Shown in pieces: positions 1 to 12,899 of a stretch of 64,000 nucleotides of DNA (positions within the stretch are counted from its first letter, which is position 1; every line of letters starts with the position of its first letter). The translations under genes and the position numbers were made by a program. The notes below the pieces were generated by a model. It searched no databases, was not told the origin of the DNA, and saw only the letters and a list, made by a program, of their open reading frames with translations. The DNA comes from Iphione sp. A-MEVVRFRX5 (Eukaryota). The stretch lies in NCBI GenBank assembly GCA_976226885.1, contig OZ320318.1:68262001-68326000 (forward strand). The letters run 5' to 3'.

Positions 1-2376
1 GAGGGGGATAGAACCATGGCAGATATAAATATATGGTACATACAATGTAATCTACATAACCTTCAAGGTGATCTGGTAGATATGCATGTGGTGGTGTGTT
101 TGCTTCATTTACAACTACTAGATACTAATAGGACAAGTACTTTACTGTTTCATTCTGCACTCCAAGATGCTATTTTATAGTATCATCTTTTAATTTCTGG
201 TAAGATCTGTAAATTATAGTACCATACTTTTAGCTAATAACCGGCTACACAAGCAACGTTTACCCTGTTAACAGTCTAATAAATGTGTTCTTTCATATAA
301 AAATAACATGGTTTTTATCCATCATATAGTAGACTATGTTTGAAATAAATATGTATATCTCATTCCTGCAGGAACTGTATAAAATGTAATATCTATATAC
401 ACTCTACTGAAAATAATGGCAGAGGCAATGCTGAAGTAAGTTAATTTACCACCTATGTCTAACAACAGTGTGCTAAAGCATAAAGATTCATGTGCCGAAG
501 AAATGGGCACGGTTAGTTTAATTCGGTTTCCTCTTTAAGGATGTTCACCGGTGCAAATATTAAGAAATTTGCTGGGTTGTGTTTTAGGAAATGCTTATGC
601 ATAGAGCATTTCAGAACTGGGCATTTTTATACGTTAATTAGATTTAAGTGGATTTAATTGGTGCATTAAGCACTATCAGCTTTCTTTACTCGTGAACAGC
701 TATGGGAATCTACAAAACCGCATTGAATACTATGGAATTATATATTAGAAGTTCACAGAACGCTTCAGAATTATAGAACATAGATGGCCTATGATGCAGC
801 AAATGAAAAAAAGGAAAGCTAGGCATTTATCAAAAGCAACTTTATAGGAAAATAGTATATTTTATTAATGAATCATTTTTTTCGGGATGACTAGCTTTGC
901 ATTTAAACAAGGGTGGCTAGTCACCGAGTATGATATATAAATGTACTTCGAGAATTTTATTTTATCAAAAGGGTGCATTCAAATAAACAAGAATGGGCCA
1001 GGAGCAATGACAGTACGGCAGGCGATACGTGCTTAGAATCTGAAATGAGCATAAAGTATTCACTGTTCTGAGATGTGCTACAGATTCTAAGTCTCAAGTC
1101 GGTCGCGACAGATAAACACACAACCACCTGCATATTAGGAAAAGATTTTCTGTATTAGGCTGATGTACAATGTGTATACGCATGCTGTTAAATACGTAAA
1201 TGCATAAGAATATGTGCATTTTGTCTTATGCGGAAGTATATCAGTAAGACCAAATACCAACATCTAAAGATCTCGGTGAGGAAAACAGTTTAAATGTTTC
1301 TCAACAGAGGTAGAAGGACATTAGTACCTACTTCGTATTTGTCAAGTTCTCCATTCCGTCTGTGCCGCGATGTATCCCTACAACAGCAATAACGTGTAAT
1401 TATTCATAAAAACATTTTCCTCCCAAACAGAGGACATGTTCGCTTTGTAAAGAATGCAATGTGTATCTTCATATTGCATGAACCTATTGTACAAATGTAG
1501 CTACTGTGTATGTATTGCTTGTGTCCGTAGAGCCGTCCGTTGCCAATCAATTTTATTTCAAACTGTAGTGAAGTGACTGAAATGGCACGATACTGCCTTC
1601 AATGGTCGACTAAGTTGGTCGTGAGCAAATCGTGCGTCATTCTTGAGTCCCTGCCTCCTTCCACTCCTGGCAGCATGAACTCCATTCTCCTACCTATCAG
1701 CACAATGTTTACAGATCTCATCACACAAAGAAGTTCTTACTCCACATCATTGATTAGCTTTGGTCCTTAAACAGTTATTACGAGTAGCATGCTGCTGTTT
1801 ATTGAGGCAATAGGTTTGAATTTATCCTGGCACTTGTTATGAAAGTAAGGTCGCTATGTAAGGGATAGATGCTGAGCAAGAAACAGGAACGATGCTACAA
1901 ATCATTAACAAATCCAAACGGTCGTGGCCGTAACACCTACAAGTACAAGTAAAGACTCTCAGAGGACAACATTCCAATAAACAATATAAGGATTGTCAAA
2001 CACATATAAACTATTATCTCTCCTGTTTTTTGGGGGTAGAACGGTTATTTGATTCGCAGAATACCACCGCATAAAGCCACATTTGTCGCCTATTATCTGT
2101 TTTGACCAATAAGGGAGACATAGACAGACAAAAGCACACGGCGGTAAAAGAGATACAAATGTTCAATGTGCTCAAAACCTGTCCGGTGTGATCCCAGATG
2201 ATACTGACCTAAGTAATTTAGTGGAGTTCAAGGCAGAGCAGAAGAGAGAGAGAGGAGAGAGATAGTCAGAGGTAGAGTGGGAGAGGTGACTACGAGTTAA
2301 AGTATGTTTCTTCTATTGTCCATAAATAAAAGGGTTTTCATGGTTTCACACCCACCCACATTTCATATATCCCCAG

Positions 2377-3250
2377 TTACATGCACCGACCAAGTGACAT
2401 GGAAATAAGGTGTGATTCTCCTTCTGTATCTACCAGCATATGGTCACCAGTGCTATAATAACAGCCAGCAATGTGATATCTACATGCCTGGAACCTCTTC
2501 GTCTTCGTCATCATCGATGCATATTTCCTCATGTTTGGGAAATTAAAGTCGACTGAAGTAACATCTGCATCAGATTCGTTATCATTGTGTTCCATTACTA
2601 GAAGATGCTCTCTGTTTTTTAGTGATTCATTTCTAGACAATGATTTAAATATAGGCATAACTCATGAGTTCTGTCTCTTGATTGTACAGATTAGGAGCAT
2701 AAATGCAAGACAAATGCAGAGAAAAGTTGTCAGATAGAGCTGTCTGTCTGTTTGTCTGTATTTCTCTGGTAGTGGAGTAGGTGTTGTCACTTCGCAGGAA
2801 TGGAGCAAACTGCTGATGGTGCTGGTGGAGGAGGCCCAGGAAGCCTCTTGGCATGCATGGTAACTCGCTGCTGCAGTAATGACTGCGCATGTCTCAATTC
2901 GCTCCAATGTGAGGTAGAAAATGTGTTTGTAAAGTCTCTGTTTAATACAGCTAACGAATGGTCTTCAAGTGCTAAATATTTCAGTACCTTCATGCTCAAG
3001 TTGACTCTCACTAATGCATAACCTGGGCATGGTTAATCCCTCTCTCAAGAACCAGTGAAAGTATGCAAGCACCTGTTGTTTCTCACGTCAACAGGTTTTA
3101 TAATCTCCTGTTGCCTTAGCATGCATTATATGGGTCTCTCAAATCCGACGGAGTCAGGAATTGTGTGTATGAATGGGAAATGGGTGTAGGAATCCATGTT
3201 CTATGTCAGCTTGTACCTAGACCCGGACGGTGATCTTCCCTTTATCTGAT
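2377..3250 (-). pseudogene. Unidentified decayed ORF ending in a hydrophobic segment and an acidic tail (type I membrane protein-like)
   Basis: ORFs 2662..2907 and 2377..2658 are in the same frame, separated by a single TGA. They read ...TTPTPLPEKYRQTDRQLYLTTFLCICLAFMLLICTIKRQNS*VMPIFKSLSRNESLKNREHLLVMEHNDNESDAD. No family recognised. Confidence 0.25.
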
Positions 3251-4389
3251 CCTAAGTATTGTTTTCAAACCAACAACTAAAAGACACGCATTTATTACGT
3301 ACGTGCATGATCCTGATAGTGTATCTGCCATGTGGGATATCACTTGGATGTTATCCTTTATGCCTTTTTGTTTTCGCTGTTTTTCCCGAAACTATGATCA
3401 TTACCTTCTTTTATTGCATGTTACTGCAATGGCACGCTACCAGTAATTGAAAGGGTGTGCTCGCATCCAATACTCTCTAAAAAGAGGAATTTCGGTCAGA
3501 GAAACGGGTATTCATGTCCCACGTCCTGGCCCATTTAATGCTCCTGCAACGGGATGAGGGGAGTCTATGTAGAAAGATTTTAACCGTAGAAATAAAAACA
3601 AGCTTGTATACAAATAATGATGTATAAAAACTCAAATTATTGTATACAACAAAGGCATCTATAGATTCTGCAAAATGTACTCTATAGAATTCTTATTATT
3701 CAACGGTTTCAGGGATTTGGCTATTCGCATACAAATTTACATAGAATGGCTAAGTACGTTGCATGGTGTATAAGCGATCCATTCCTGGGCAGCAAGATGT
3801 CGTCTGCATCTACATACAGACAAGGGCTTAACGCCTCTAACAAGCAAATTTAATTCATCGAAGGATCATTTCCTCAATGATAGAATTCCACAATCCTTAA
3901 TGCAGCTCTCGACTCCGGAGCTCCCAGCCTCTCAGCCACCATCTGTCCCCAAGAATCACTTGAAAGCCAGATGAACTGTAACAATTCACTGCTCATTTTC
4001 CAGAAGGTAGCTCCTGCCACCCAGAAGCATCACTAACACATGTTTTAGCATAGACAAGCTGCATGTTGTCTAAGGCTTAGATATTTATCCTTGACCCCTT
4101 GTAGCTTAGGAACTGTTTCAGAAAAGAACAGCAGATTTGCAGTGAATCATTTAACAAATCATCTTTATGCAAAAGCAAATAATTCTATCCCTAGTATCAA
4201 CCAAAGAAAGTTAACCTTCCTTTTCACTCCAATGCAAAAGATATTTGTTCCATGTCCTCTGTGAGAACTGCAATGTCATGAAAAGCAATCAGTGAATAAT
4301 CCGAACTGTAAGTTACTTTACACAGAGTACCAATTTTGTTTACCATCATACCAGTTTGTTTCATTAGATGGTTATGTTCCTAAATGTTA

Positions 4390-5900
4390 TTTAGGGTACG
4401 ATGTAGTGCTTCCCTGACAGTCGTAAAGCCAGGTAGGGGAGTCATGATCAGTTTGGACCTCCAGTCAGAGCCTCCTCACATAGCAGTAGAATTTACACAG
4501 GGCAAAGACCAGCGACAGCAGTACCCGGAGTGTTATGTAGTAGTTATGCTCTGGTTTTGATAGGACTCTACTGGTGTAGGCTGAGGCATGCTTCACACCT
4601 TCCTATCTCTGGGACAGCCCTGTACCTATGACAGGGCCAGATGTGTCCGTGTCTAGGAGTAACTCTGCTTCCTGAGTAGGACATGCTGGGATGGGTGTAA
4701 GTGGAAGCCGGAGATTAAACTCCTCAGACGATTCCTGGCAATGCTCCTTCTACTGGAAATCAGCATTGTGATTAGCTACTGTATGGAGGGGGGCAGCTCA
4801 AGTTGCAACCTCTCCACGAAGTTAAAATGGTAAGGACGACAACCCAAGGGAACTACTTCTGCAGTATACTAAGTCTACGGCCACTGGCCGTCACTGCCGT
4901 CACCTTACAAGACTACCTCCACTTCATTCTCCGACACCCTGTGCCCAAGGTAAGAGAGTTTGCATTTGGAGCGTTACTTGCAGTCATGCCTGCAGATGCT
5001 CAGAGACCTGGACCAGCTATTTGCACATCTGGGTCGCAGACTGCACAAAATGACTGTCATCCAAGTACACCAGGCAGGCAACCCCCTATGATCCTCTGAG
5101 CATGAACTCTGTGAGTCGTAGAATGGTTGATATGACACTGCACAGTACGAAGAGCAACAGGTACAACCCTAGCGGGGTACACTCTGAGGTCTCCTCGGTG
5201 TCCTCTGGACTCATGTGAACTTGAGAATAGCTTCCGTAGATGTGTACCTTAGTTACCCTCAGGTTCCACATTGGGACTGTTACCTGGTCCCCGTTGGGTT
5301 GCACCATGGATCTGCCCCGACCACTGCTCAAAACCACTCATTGGTTTCTGTAACACCCGAATCCTCCACCACAACCTCACACACCAGTTCGATCTGCACC
5401 CATTCCACCTCTCCGCTATGGAAGTTGTAGTCCTGCACCACCCTCAGGGTGCTCTCATATGACTTCCCACAATTACTGCATATCCAGACCTGGGCTTGAC
5501 CTAGCCCTATGATGGCACGAAGCTTTGTGCCCATCACTTAAGCATAGATCCAGAGCTCTTTCCTGAACATAACCCGGTATCATACCCTTCTTCTCACGCA
5601 GTGCAGGGGCCACTTATCCACGTCCACTTCTCGGTCCCTTGCAGGTCCAGGCAGGGCCCCGTCCAGTCATTGATATGGCTGGGTGGAAAGCAATATCCCC
5701 GAGGCGCCTATGTGCACCAACCCTTAATTGATTTTCTGTCAATTGCCCCACAAGGTAGAGGAGTGAGACTTGGAGGAAATGCAGGGAGATGTGAGGGTAC
5801 TAGCCCACTTGAGTTTTGCAGGCTGATCCTTGTTGCCGGAAAAATCTCTCTAAGTGGCTCCTTTTATTAGTCCGCAATGGGGTGCTAGCATTCCACCTAT
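4390..5900 (-). mobile_element. Degenerate Ty3/Gypsy pol fragment (protease-like, RT, RNase H)
   Basis: Manual minus-strand translation gives LVHIGAS (~5700, decayed LVDTGAS) and SYLGHRVSE (~4950, RT). It also gives PLHTV...LLLDTDTSGPVIGTGLSQ...AYTSRVLSKPEHNYYIT...LVFAL...TDHDS (4830-4430, RNase H), collinear with the 22247..22921 ORF. Many stops and frameshifts. Confidence 0.8.
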
Positions 5901-6003
5901 CCAGCATCCTGAGGACTAATGTAGGGCTCTCCGATGGACATCGAGATGGAGATCAAATCCAGGAACCCGATAGACTGCATGTCTGTGCCACACAGATCTG
6001 CCC

Positions 6004-6400
6004 TGTTGTAAAGTATACACCATTTTGGAGTAGATTTGTCTCTTTCTTAGAAGGGGGTTGACTTAGACAGACGTTAGTATATTGCCTTTTTACAAAGGAA
6101 GGTGGATGATAAGGAAAGATAACACAAGGGAAGGTTGGTCATGGAGTTTCAGGATGTCAAAACTTTGTTGAAATTCAAAGAGATACACTGAACATACCCA
6201 ATGAAACCCCAGAAATAGGAATGTTAGCAAATCCACCAGTTTGACTAGGATGATAACTGAATGCCATTGTCAGTTGGTATAAATACTGGAAGGTTTACAC
6301 AATACAATCAGACCCTAAAAAGTGATAGACAGAGGAGTCAAGATTGAGGGATTTTGCACCTGAAGTTGTGTGTGCATGAAGAACAGATTAGATCTTTTCA
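6004..6400 (+). mobile_element. LTR-like segment, diverged copy of 7432-7937
   Basis: Shares blocks with 7445-7770: GAAGGGGG, AAAGGAAGGTGG, TTCAAAGA, CCCAATGAAA and GTCAGTT.GTATAAATACTGGA. The 3' boundary is uncertain. Confidence 0.45.
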
Positions 6401-7431
6401 CTGTGTTGGTGTTATCATCATTCTGATTGCTGCCATGCTGCTTGGCATTGCTGAGATCAGCTTCATGTGGATTGGCAGTGCAGCAGAAGGTACCAACTCA
6501 TCTCCTTCAGATCCCTGATCTTTATTATCTGTTTCCCGATTTTAATCTTCAAAATCTACCTCTCTAACGATGAATGTGTTTGTCCAATGTTTTTTTGTCA
6601 TTCTATGGAAGACCATATAGGACTTTCGGTGGGGTGATCCCACTATTCTCACCAATATAATGCTTATTTCGCAGCACAGATATAAAGAATAAATGAGTAG
6701 AGAAAAGAGCTGGTTATTTCATGAGCACAAAAAGGGTAATGACAACGAATCTCCATGCTGGCTGCCTTTCATACAAAGATTCATAAGTCAGTTGGAACAC
6801 CGCACATTCCACACTCCTTAATCCAGGCTCCACACTGCAGAGATGCTACGCTCTCAGCCATGGCTACAGTCACAGACAAATGAAGAAAGAAATGCATATC
6901 CATATTTTGAAAAGGGCAGGTGTAACAACAAAGTCTATACCATTTCAGTAGGTTTGATTTGCAGCCTGTATTCTTCTCTACAACATACACACAGCAAGGT
7001 TCAGCAAGTGGTGAGTCCAATGATATATATATATACTCAATATACTCAACCTTACTACAAAGATGGTGCATAAACATTACATGATCTGGAAAATAGTCAT
7101 CAATTGCAATTACTCAAACATTAGGCATCTGCAGTTTTTATGCTATATGACATAACAGCACCAAGTGTCCAGCATACTTCATACGATGTAGATGATACTT
7201 TATTCACATGAGACAGGATATTGCAAAACAAGTTGTTGCAATGTATTAACTAGAATGGCTTCTGCTAGGAGCTAATTCCAAAAACATGTAATTGATGAAA
7301 AAGTTTTGTTTGCATAGTAAAGTACATCATGCAAGGCTTTACTTGGTAACATATAACTATATACTTTACATTACACCAGTATTTTGAAAACAGTTTTAGT
7401 AATGATACAATGTCTATCACAGTTAGTACTG

Positions 7432-7957
7432 TGTAACCCAGTGTAAAATGTACACCCTTGTGGGGGTGGATTTGGGTCATGTTCAGTGCACCTCTTCCAA
7501 CCTTTTCTGGGAAGGGGGCTAACTTAAAAAGAGGTTGGTATCATCTCTTCTCAGAAAGGAAGGTGGGTGGTAAGGTAAGGTCATCGGACTTTTAGGATTT
7601 CCAAGAATCATAAAGTTGTCAAAGTTCAAAGAAATGCACTAAGCACACCCAATGAAAACCCACAAGAGGAATTTTAGCAAACCCATGGGCATGACTGGGA
7701 GGATGACTGCATGTCCTGGTCAGTTAGTATAAATACTGGAGGGTTTTTGCAATAAAATCAGATTCAACCATCTGAGCTCTGAATTAACTTCACCCGCGTT
7801 ATCTTTGAAGAAGACAGCCGAATTTCCAGCCAATACTCTGAAGGCTACCTAGAGCAGAAGTAACTGAGATAACTATTGTTACTTAATAGAAGCTATAATA
7901 GATCAGAAGAAGTCATTACATCACATTGAGTTTAACAGTAAACTCTGGCGACCCGGA
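7432..7957 (+). mobile_element. LTR (TG...CA, ~506 bp) followed by a primer-binding-site-like motif
   Basis: Starts TGTAACCC (7432), has TATAAATA (~7729) and AATAAA (~7751), and ends TTTAACA (7937). TGGCGACCCGGA follows at 7946. No internal coding region recognised downstream. Confidence 0.55.
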
Positions 7958-8841
7958 ACCCTAGAAGAGCAGTAGAGATTGAAGACTACATATTTCAAGA
8001 AATTGTGCACGTGAAGTGAGGAAATAGGGTTGAGAAATTTACAACAGGTTCTTCTCATCTTTAAAAAATTTCTCTATACTTTGTTTCTTCCTACTAAATC
8101 TCCATCAAAGGGCAGATTATGTGTAATGTAACCGTTTGAAGTATACGGTAAATGTCATAACATGGACAATGCTTTGTTTGGGGTTGTTTTTACTATGTCT
8201 ATGCTATAATCTATTGACCTTATGACATTAAAGTATAAGTTATGCGAACTTTCCATATCCCGAGAGTAACACCTTGGAACAAAATGTGCAAATTTATACA
8301 CTGTACTTCCTCCTTATGTTTTGTGCTCATCTGTATGCATATGCCTCCTTTCCAAGCGCCTTTCAAACCAAGACATTCTATTCTGCTTAACGTCACTAAC
8401 TAACACCACTCACTTAACGTCACTAACTGCTTAACGCCACTGACGCATCTTATTCAAGGGCCGTTTACTGCCTTGTTCATCAATATTCTTCTGATCTAAT
8501 TCCTATTAATTAGGTCATACCTTATAATTCATTTACTTCGTAGTTTGGTGATTCGGGTTTAACTAAGCTGTCGTCAGGGATTACCTGGTAAACGAACACC
8601 ACGCTACGATTCACAGCCAATCTTGGCTACTGTTTCATGCCCACTGATAAAGTAAAGGTATAGGAAAACACCTGAAAATATCTTAAACTTTAGAAAAGCA
8701 TTTCGCATGTAATAAATGATATACATGTATAGGTATTCTGCGTGAAAGTTTCGGTCAAGGCTGTATGAAATGCCACATAACACTACATATATGTAGTCCA
8801 CTTTGAATTAGCTGTGACTCAGTATATAGCTTTTAAATACC

Positions 8842-9007
8842 CAGGCCCGTTGCCAAGGGGACATCGGGGGTATCGTCCGATACTCCCCACAGAACCCAAT
8901 TCCTATAGGCTTACATGGACATACGTTCTCTAGGAAGTCCACCTCTGGGGTATCAGCGGTATTGTCCAATACCCCCCCACCCGCAACAATGCCTGGCTAC
9001 GGGCCTG
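8842..9007. mobile_element. 166-bp MITE with terminal inverted repeats and a 5-bp target-site duplication
   Basis: The left end CAGGCCCGTTGCCAAGG matches the reverse complement of the right end (CAGGCCCGTAGCCAGG). ATACC flanks both sides (8837-8841 and 9008-9012). Confidence 0.75.
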
Positions 9008-9500
9008 ATACCAACAATATTCCCTTTAACAATCGATTATAAAGTGATATTATGTGTGAATTGAAAATACTTTCAGTAATATTTTTAAGGTCGAGCACAT
9101 ACGTCAAACAATACGTCAGAAACTGTGCCCTATCAAGCATCAGAAGTCTAAACGGATGTGCGAATATCCTTTAAACTGTAAGACGTACCTGTAAGACTCA
9201 AACCCTCAGTTTCTTGTCTGTCCTAAAAGAGTGATGCAATTGTTGAATCCCGATTCATTCAACACTGGGGCCTCGACGTGGAAGAGTCGCGGGCGTTGCT
9301 TTGCCCTAGTTTTGCAATACACCTGATTCAGGTGACGCATCATATAACTGATAGAGAATGAGGGCAAGGAGGGAGGGAGCATGGGGAGCGACGGAGGCGA
9401 AAAGGTGACGTCGTTGGCTTGTAAACATTGGATGCTGTGCTGAAACATTCAATAGCTTGGACCGGGCTATAGTGTTATGTGACAGCAATTTAGATAAATA

Positions 9501-9502
<2 letters not shown>

Positions 9503-9578
<76 letters not shown>
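9503..9578. repeat. (CT)n microsatellite
   Basis: Directly visible, with one interruption. Confidence 0.97.
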
Positions 9579-9582
<4 letters not shown>

Positions 9583-9591
9583 CTGTGTCTT

Positions 9592-9720
9592 NNNNNNNNN
9601 NNNNNNNNNNNNNNNNNNNNNNNNNNNNNNNNNNNNNNNNNNNNNNNNNNNNNNNNNNNNNNNNNNNNNNNNNNNNNNNNNNNNNNNNNNNNNNNNNNNN
9701 NNNNNNNNNNNNNNNNNNNN
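9592..9720. other. Assembly gap (129 N)
   Basis: Run of N next to the (CT)n tract. Confidence 0.99.
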
Positions 9721-10519
9721 TTTCTATACCTTTCCTATTCGATTTAAGTTCAAGGTGGAACATACCAAGTGAAATAATACTTCTCAATGAAATGCATCAT
9801 AAGGTCTTCCAGTGAATACGAGCCGGGAAAGTAAAACAAAGATATACACATTATAGACAAAAAACAATTTAGAACAAGACAAAAGAACATGCAGGAAGTT
9901 ACTTTACTTTAGTCCCTTAAGACGCTGTTTGCAAACATCCACAGAAGGGCTTGACTTGATATTCAATTGGCTGGCAAAGATGTCCACATATAATAGAAAG
10001 AGGACTTATACAACGTCGTCGTTGACGTTGGTAAATATTGTTGATGAGACAAAGCTAATCTGGTACGCTCATTACGTTTAGGAAACTTATTCTTTATCAA
10101 CCCTAGAAGTTGCAAGTAATGTATCACGACTAATACTGATCTTTCATCCCTTGCTTCCAGAGATTCTAGATTCCTAGCCATTCTTAGTGAGATATTTGTA
10201 CATTGTACGGTATTCTAACAGAAGATATAACTCCGCATTACTCCGTTGCAGCTTATCTTAAGCTCGTCTAGAGGGTTTATGTTACCGTACAGTATGAACG
10301 GCAACCCATGGTCATATATTGATAGCAGAAAACTCTTGACCAATAACGTTTTGTCATTGAACCTAAGAAACGTGGACAGCCTGCTCAACTAATTATTACC
10401 CGCGCTTTTGGGCGCTGCTTATCATATTTGGTATCATTCAATTCCAATTCAGGCTACCGCCAATTGGGTAACCGAAAATTTACACTTTGTCTGTTCAGCT
10501 AGGTTATAATCATTTAAGG

Positions 10520-10850
10520 ATAGATGAAAATCAAATGTTCTACTTTTTCTAAAAGTCATATAAAGGTTTTTTTTATATTTATGATTAGTTCATTTCGTTT
10601 TACCCAATCACTAACATCTCTTATACCACGTATTAATTTCAGCCCAAGGGCTATAGCATTTGGGGCATTTGAATACATGTATATGGTAATAACTTCACCA
10701 TACATAATGTTTCTTATTAGTATCTTTGCTGATGTTATTCTATTTAGAATGGGTACCATAGTGCAGCTTTGTGGCACACCAAGCTTAACATTTCTATAAC
10801 TAGATATATGATTATTACTGTAAAGTGGACCAAACATTTGCTGTGAATAC
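10520..10850 (-). mobile_element. Non-LTR retrotransposon (CR1/L2-like) reverse transcriptase fragment
   Basis: ORF 10556..10837 contains VKLGVPQSCTMVPIL (cf. GVPQGSVLGPLL), IMYGEVITIY (decayed YADD region) and VSDWVKRNELIINIKKT (cf. W...N.L.LN..KT). Confidence 0.75.
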
Positions 10851-10919
10851 CAAAGCTGCTGGTTCCAAACTCTTTATTTCCTTCCTAAACCAATGTTTAT
10901 ATAGCTGTTCTTAGTGCTA

Positions 10920-11270
10920 ATCCACCAATCAGAGGCCTAGCCTCACTGACTAACCAATCAAAACACAGTTCCATCAGTTGCAACAATATGTCATATAAGA
11001 AAGAATGTTTTCAGTCAATCAGTACACTTTCCCTTATAAAAGATACAAAGTAACAAGCTATAGAATGTTTTCCACCAATCAGAGAGCTGTCTCCATATTA
11101 GGAGATATGGGATGATCTTTCAGTGACCAATCACAGCTTTAATACCTAATATGGGAGGTGAGGTGATCTCCTACCAGCCAATCAGAGTAGAGTAACTTAT
11201 TAGTGGAAATTTCCATAAGATCCTCAACCAACCACAGCACAGTAACACAGTAGTGGAAATTTCCATGAGG
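10920..11270. promoter_or_regulatory. Degenerate ~50-bp tandem array rich in CCAAT boxes with two TGGAAATTTCCA palindromes (LTR U3-like enhancer repeats)
   Basis: CCAATCA at 10925, 10954, 11075, 11127 and 11178 (the last three spaced 51-52 bp). TGGAAATTTCCA at 11204 and 11254. Confidence 0.5.
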
Positions 11271-11959
11271 TCATCAAACTGCACTCATTGACATCTAAGT
11301 GTATGTAACAGTGCCATCAGGAGTTGCACTCATTGACCCCATGTCTTGCACTCAATGACTCCTGCTAGCAGCAATGTTACTAAACCTAGACCTTAGCCTA
11401 CATTACATTTAACATATTGCCTCCTATGGCGTAAGCAAGGTTTTACCGAGTTTATTGTTTTGTTCCCCATGTTTGCTTCTGCTACCCTGGCCTCGAGATA
11501 CCTACATCAGGAATAGCATCAATTAACCATGTTTCAACTATCCCATACACGACAGAGTTATCAGTATTTTATGCATCTCAAACATCATCAACAGTGGATA
11601 TCAAACTACTGCAGTGCGGATGGCATGCTATACCGCCCTTACCCAAACCAGCACTCATTGTGCCTGAGTGTGCCATTCGATTTAAAAATAGTCAAAAACA
11701 ACAGTTTGAAGTGTACTGTCCAACTAGCCTGCAAATAATGAAGCAAACGTGCACTACCTGTCCACGCTAATCTATTTCTAGTTTTCCATTAATTTGACTA
11801 GTAAATACAGATTGTTGCAGATAGGAAGAAGAACACTTGCTTAACTGTCTAACTTTGGATTCATTAGGGTAGAATGTATACATTGATGTGTCAAATATTT
11901 GTCGACGAGAATGCAAGTAACAGTGGTCGCTTGTATACTCCTAGTTTTAAGACAACTAG

Positions 11960-12650
11960 CTTACCTTGTGTATGGCGAGGTCAGTAATCTGCAATGCAGT
12001 AAGGCATCACATGTCAAATGTATGGGTTTGATAGACCTGTGATAGGTACAGTTGCAAGGAAATCCCTGGGGAGATTTTATGTTGTACATAATCGTTCCTG
12101 ATCCCAATGGTTTCCTTGGTCTGCACTCTGGTCACAGGGTTCTATAATGTTCTTTCTGGAAAAAGTGGTGAGCAAGGTCTTTTATGATATGGAAATCTGT
12201 CTAAGCCTCTAGAAAAGTCTATCCTATCCTATTCAATCTGTTTCCTATGGTAAAGTTTGACCAAGCATTTCTATATTGGTGTCCGTCTTTTCCTTTTCCC
12301 ATAGAAATGTTCTCATGCATGATGTATATGAATGATAAACATCCTGGTTGCAGTATCCAAGCATTCTTGTGTGTAGATAGCTTGAATATCCAAACCGTGG
12401 GTACATTTTCCCACTGATGTGTTAGTAGTCATGCCATGCTATGCGGAACAATTTCTTGCATGTTCATTATGTCCCTCCTTTATGCTTATTTGTAACAGTA
12501 CACAAGATTTGCTGGTGGGAAATCTTCCTTAGGAGAGGAAGGATGTGACACGGTGCTTGTGTTGGTAATGAAATAACGCTATGCGACATTGTTACTTTGG
12601 GTATGACATTATGCCAAAAATATGATAATGCTTCAGATAATGCTGCGTGC
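11960..12650 (-). mobile_element. Possible LINE AP-endonuclease fragment on the same strand as the RT fragment at 10520-10850
   Basis: Frameshifted remnants ALSE, KHKGGT, LTTFSRKNIIEP/VTRV and PGISLQLYLS weakly echo SETW, GGGV, EPTR and SDH. Confidence 0.3.
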
Positions 12651-12899
12651 ATGCATTATATCTGTCATAACAGTTCTCTTAAAATAACTGTGTGTGTAAA
12701 GTGTATAGTTAAACATACTTTGGAAAGTGCCTACGTGATATCAGACAGATTGTTGTGGCCAAATATGTTTACCATTTTATGTAGTTGCACTAGTGATACT
12801 CAGGAAATGTTAAGATACCATCAGTACTTGTCATCTGTATTCCGTGTATGACCCTGGATCCATGTCACACTGATGTATGTAGACATGTGTAAGGTGATC

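Noticed and set aside
6690-6860. PHD-like remnant (SLQCGAWIKECG...YESLY...W) on the minus strand as a LINE ORF1
   Set aside because: Too few ligands are preserved and frameshifts are needed, so it cannot be supported.
9467-9815. ORFs spanning the N gap and (CT)n tract
   Set aside because: Artefacts of ambiguous bases and a microsatellite.
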